NCBI RefSeq assembly: GCF_018350175.1
Contig: NC_058368.1
Location: forward strand, 52,267,815-52,331,814
Direction of reading: 5' to 3'
DNA length: 64,000 nucleotides
Source: Felis catus
Taxonomy: Eukaryota
Shown here piece after piece: positions 62,894-64,000 of this stretch (positions within the stretch are counted from its first letter, which is position 1; each line of letters opens with the position of its first letter). The position numbers and the translations under genes were made by a program. The notes below the pieces were generated by a model. It searched no databases and was not told where the DNA came from. It was given only the letters and a program-made list of their open reading frames with translations.

Positions 62894-64000
62894 TTACTTA
62901 TAAGTATTTCTTAACTCTGGGTCTCTTTTCTATTTCTCTCCCACTATCTTATTGGAGGCTGTTGTCATTACTGAGTGATCCCAGTTACTTTCTGTTGTTT
63001 CGTCCCTACTTGAAGATTTCACCCTCTGCCCCTTTACGTGTGAATCCACCATAGAAAATGTAGGTGGGAATACGTTTACTTCCGTGTCAAAGGTTTCAAT
63101 TTCTCCCCATCGACCGCAGGATGAATTTTCTGTTCCTTAGGAAATAAACAAGGTCTTTCATGACCTAACCCCACTGGTTTTTCCATCCGTATGTCCCACC
63201 CCTTCCCCTCTCATACCAGACCCTTTCATCATGACAATAATCACAATAGCAAATGTTAGTTTCAAAACGTGAAGTAGGAGAGGAGGGAAAGAGAGGGAAA
63301 AAACCTTCTTGCACGTGCTTGATGCTCATCACTGTGCTAACACTTCTCATCTTCGCCTCACTGTCCTTAAAGTACACGCTGTCTGTTTTCCTATCTTACG
63401 GATGCAGACACTGAGGCTTGAAGCAGACACCTCTTTTATGTTCACATAGCCAATAAACGAAGAATTTGGGATTCAAAGCTGGATTCCTCTCCATAGAAAT
63501 TCATGTTCTTGTATAAAATACTGTCTCAGGCTGTTTCTTCTTAATCTTCTTTGATTTTTTTTTTTTAAATGTGGTAGCTGCCTGAAATAAGTGTTTTCGC
63601 CATTTTTCTTCGACCATTTTTGCAAGGATCAGCTTAGTCTGGTTAAAGGTTCTTCCTTAAAGCACTCAGTGTACCATAAAACCTATGACTTTAGAACTTC
63701 TTTTGTATTGAAATAATCTATTTCTCTCAATCTCTCCCATCAGATTGCACTGTCTTTGAGTTATGGACACATATTTTACTTATATCTCTGGTCCCAGGAC
63801 TGGCCCATTCTCGAACCAGGTAATTAAGGAGTCGGGGCATTTGTAAAAGAAATTTTAGGCAGATTGGGAAAATGTAATTTTAGAAATAAAGTAATCATTA
63901 TCAAGAATTTGTAATGACCAGTGAACATAATAAGTTTTCGGGGAAAATGAGACTATCCTTTTTCTTTTGAAATTAGAATCCCGAGCTTCTAAGGTTTAGT

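Noticed and set aside
1..64000. Search for tRNA, snRNA, snoRNA, rRNA, NUMT, processed pseudogene or non-retroviral viral insert
   Set aside because: None recognised by eye; tRNA-like A/B boxes occur only in SINE heads. Infernal and BLASTX would be needed to exclude diverged cases.

Overview
Mammalian nuclear DNA, almost certainly from a cat (Felidae): it carries several near-consensus, CpG-intact SINEC_Fc copies and a short L1_Fc 3' end. The window is AT-rich intergenic or deep intronic sequence. I cannot support any protein-coding host gene, tRNA, rRNA or CRISPR array; the supplied ORFs are repeat-derived or chance. Main content: a degenerate full-length carnivore L1 (minus, ~1.5-8.7 kb), about 26 Can-SINEs, an ERV1-type solo LTR with a 4-bp TSD, an ERVL LTR plus internal remnant with recognisable RT motifs, a Charlie1 DNA transposon with nested L1 and SINEs, a CR1/L3 RT relic, and L2/MIR/MLT/MER5/MER20 fragments. 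Subfamily names come from recalled consensus features, not a database search. I found no new biological system. The most interesting signals are mechanistic: two short dispersed local duplications at 41-47 kb (one demonstrably inserted into an L1, i.e. a probable templated insertion), a SINE pair with an apparent 51-bp TSD, repeated reuse of single target sites, a head-to-head SINE inverted repeat, a perfect 20-bp palindrome, and several well-bounded non-coding exon candidates on both strands.
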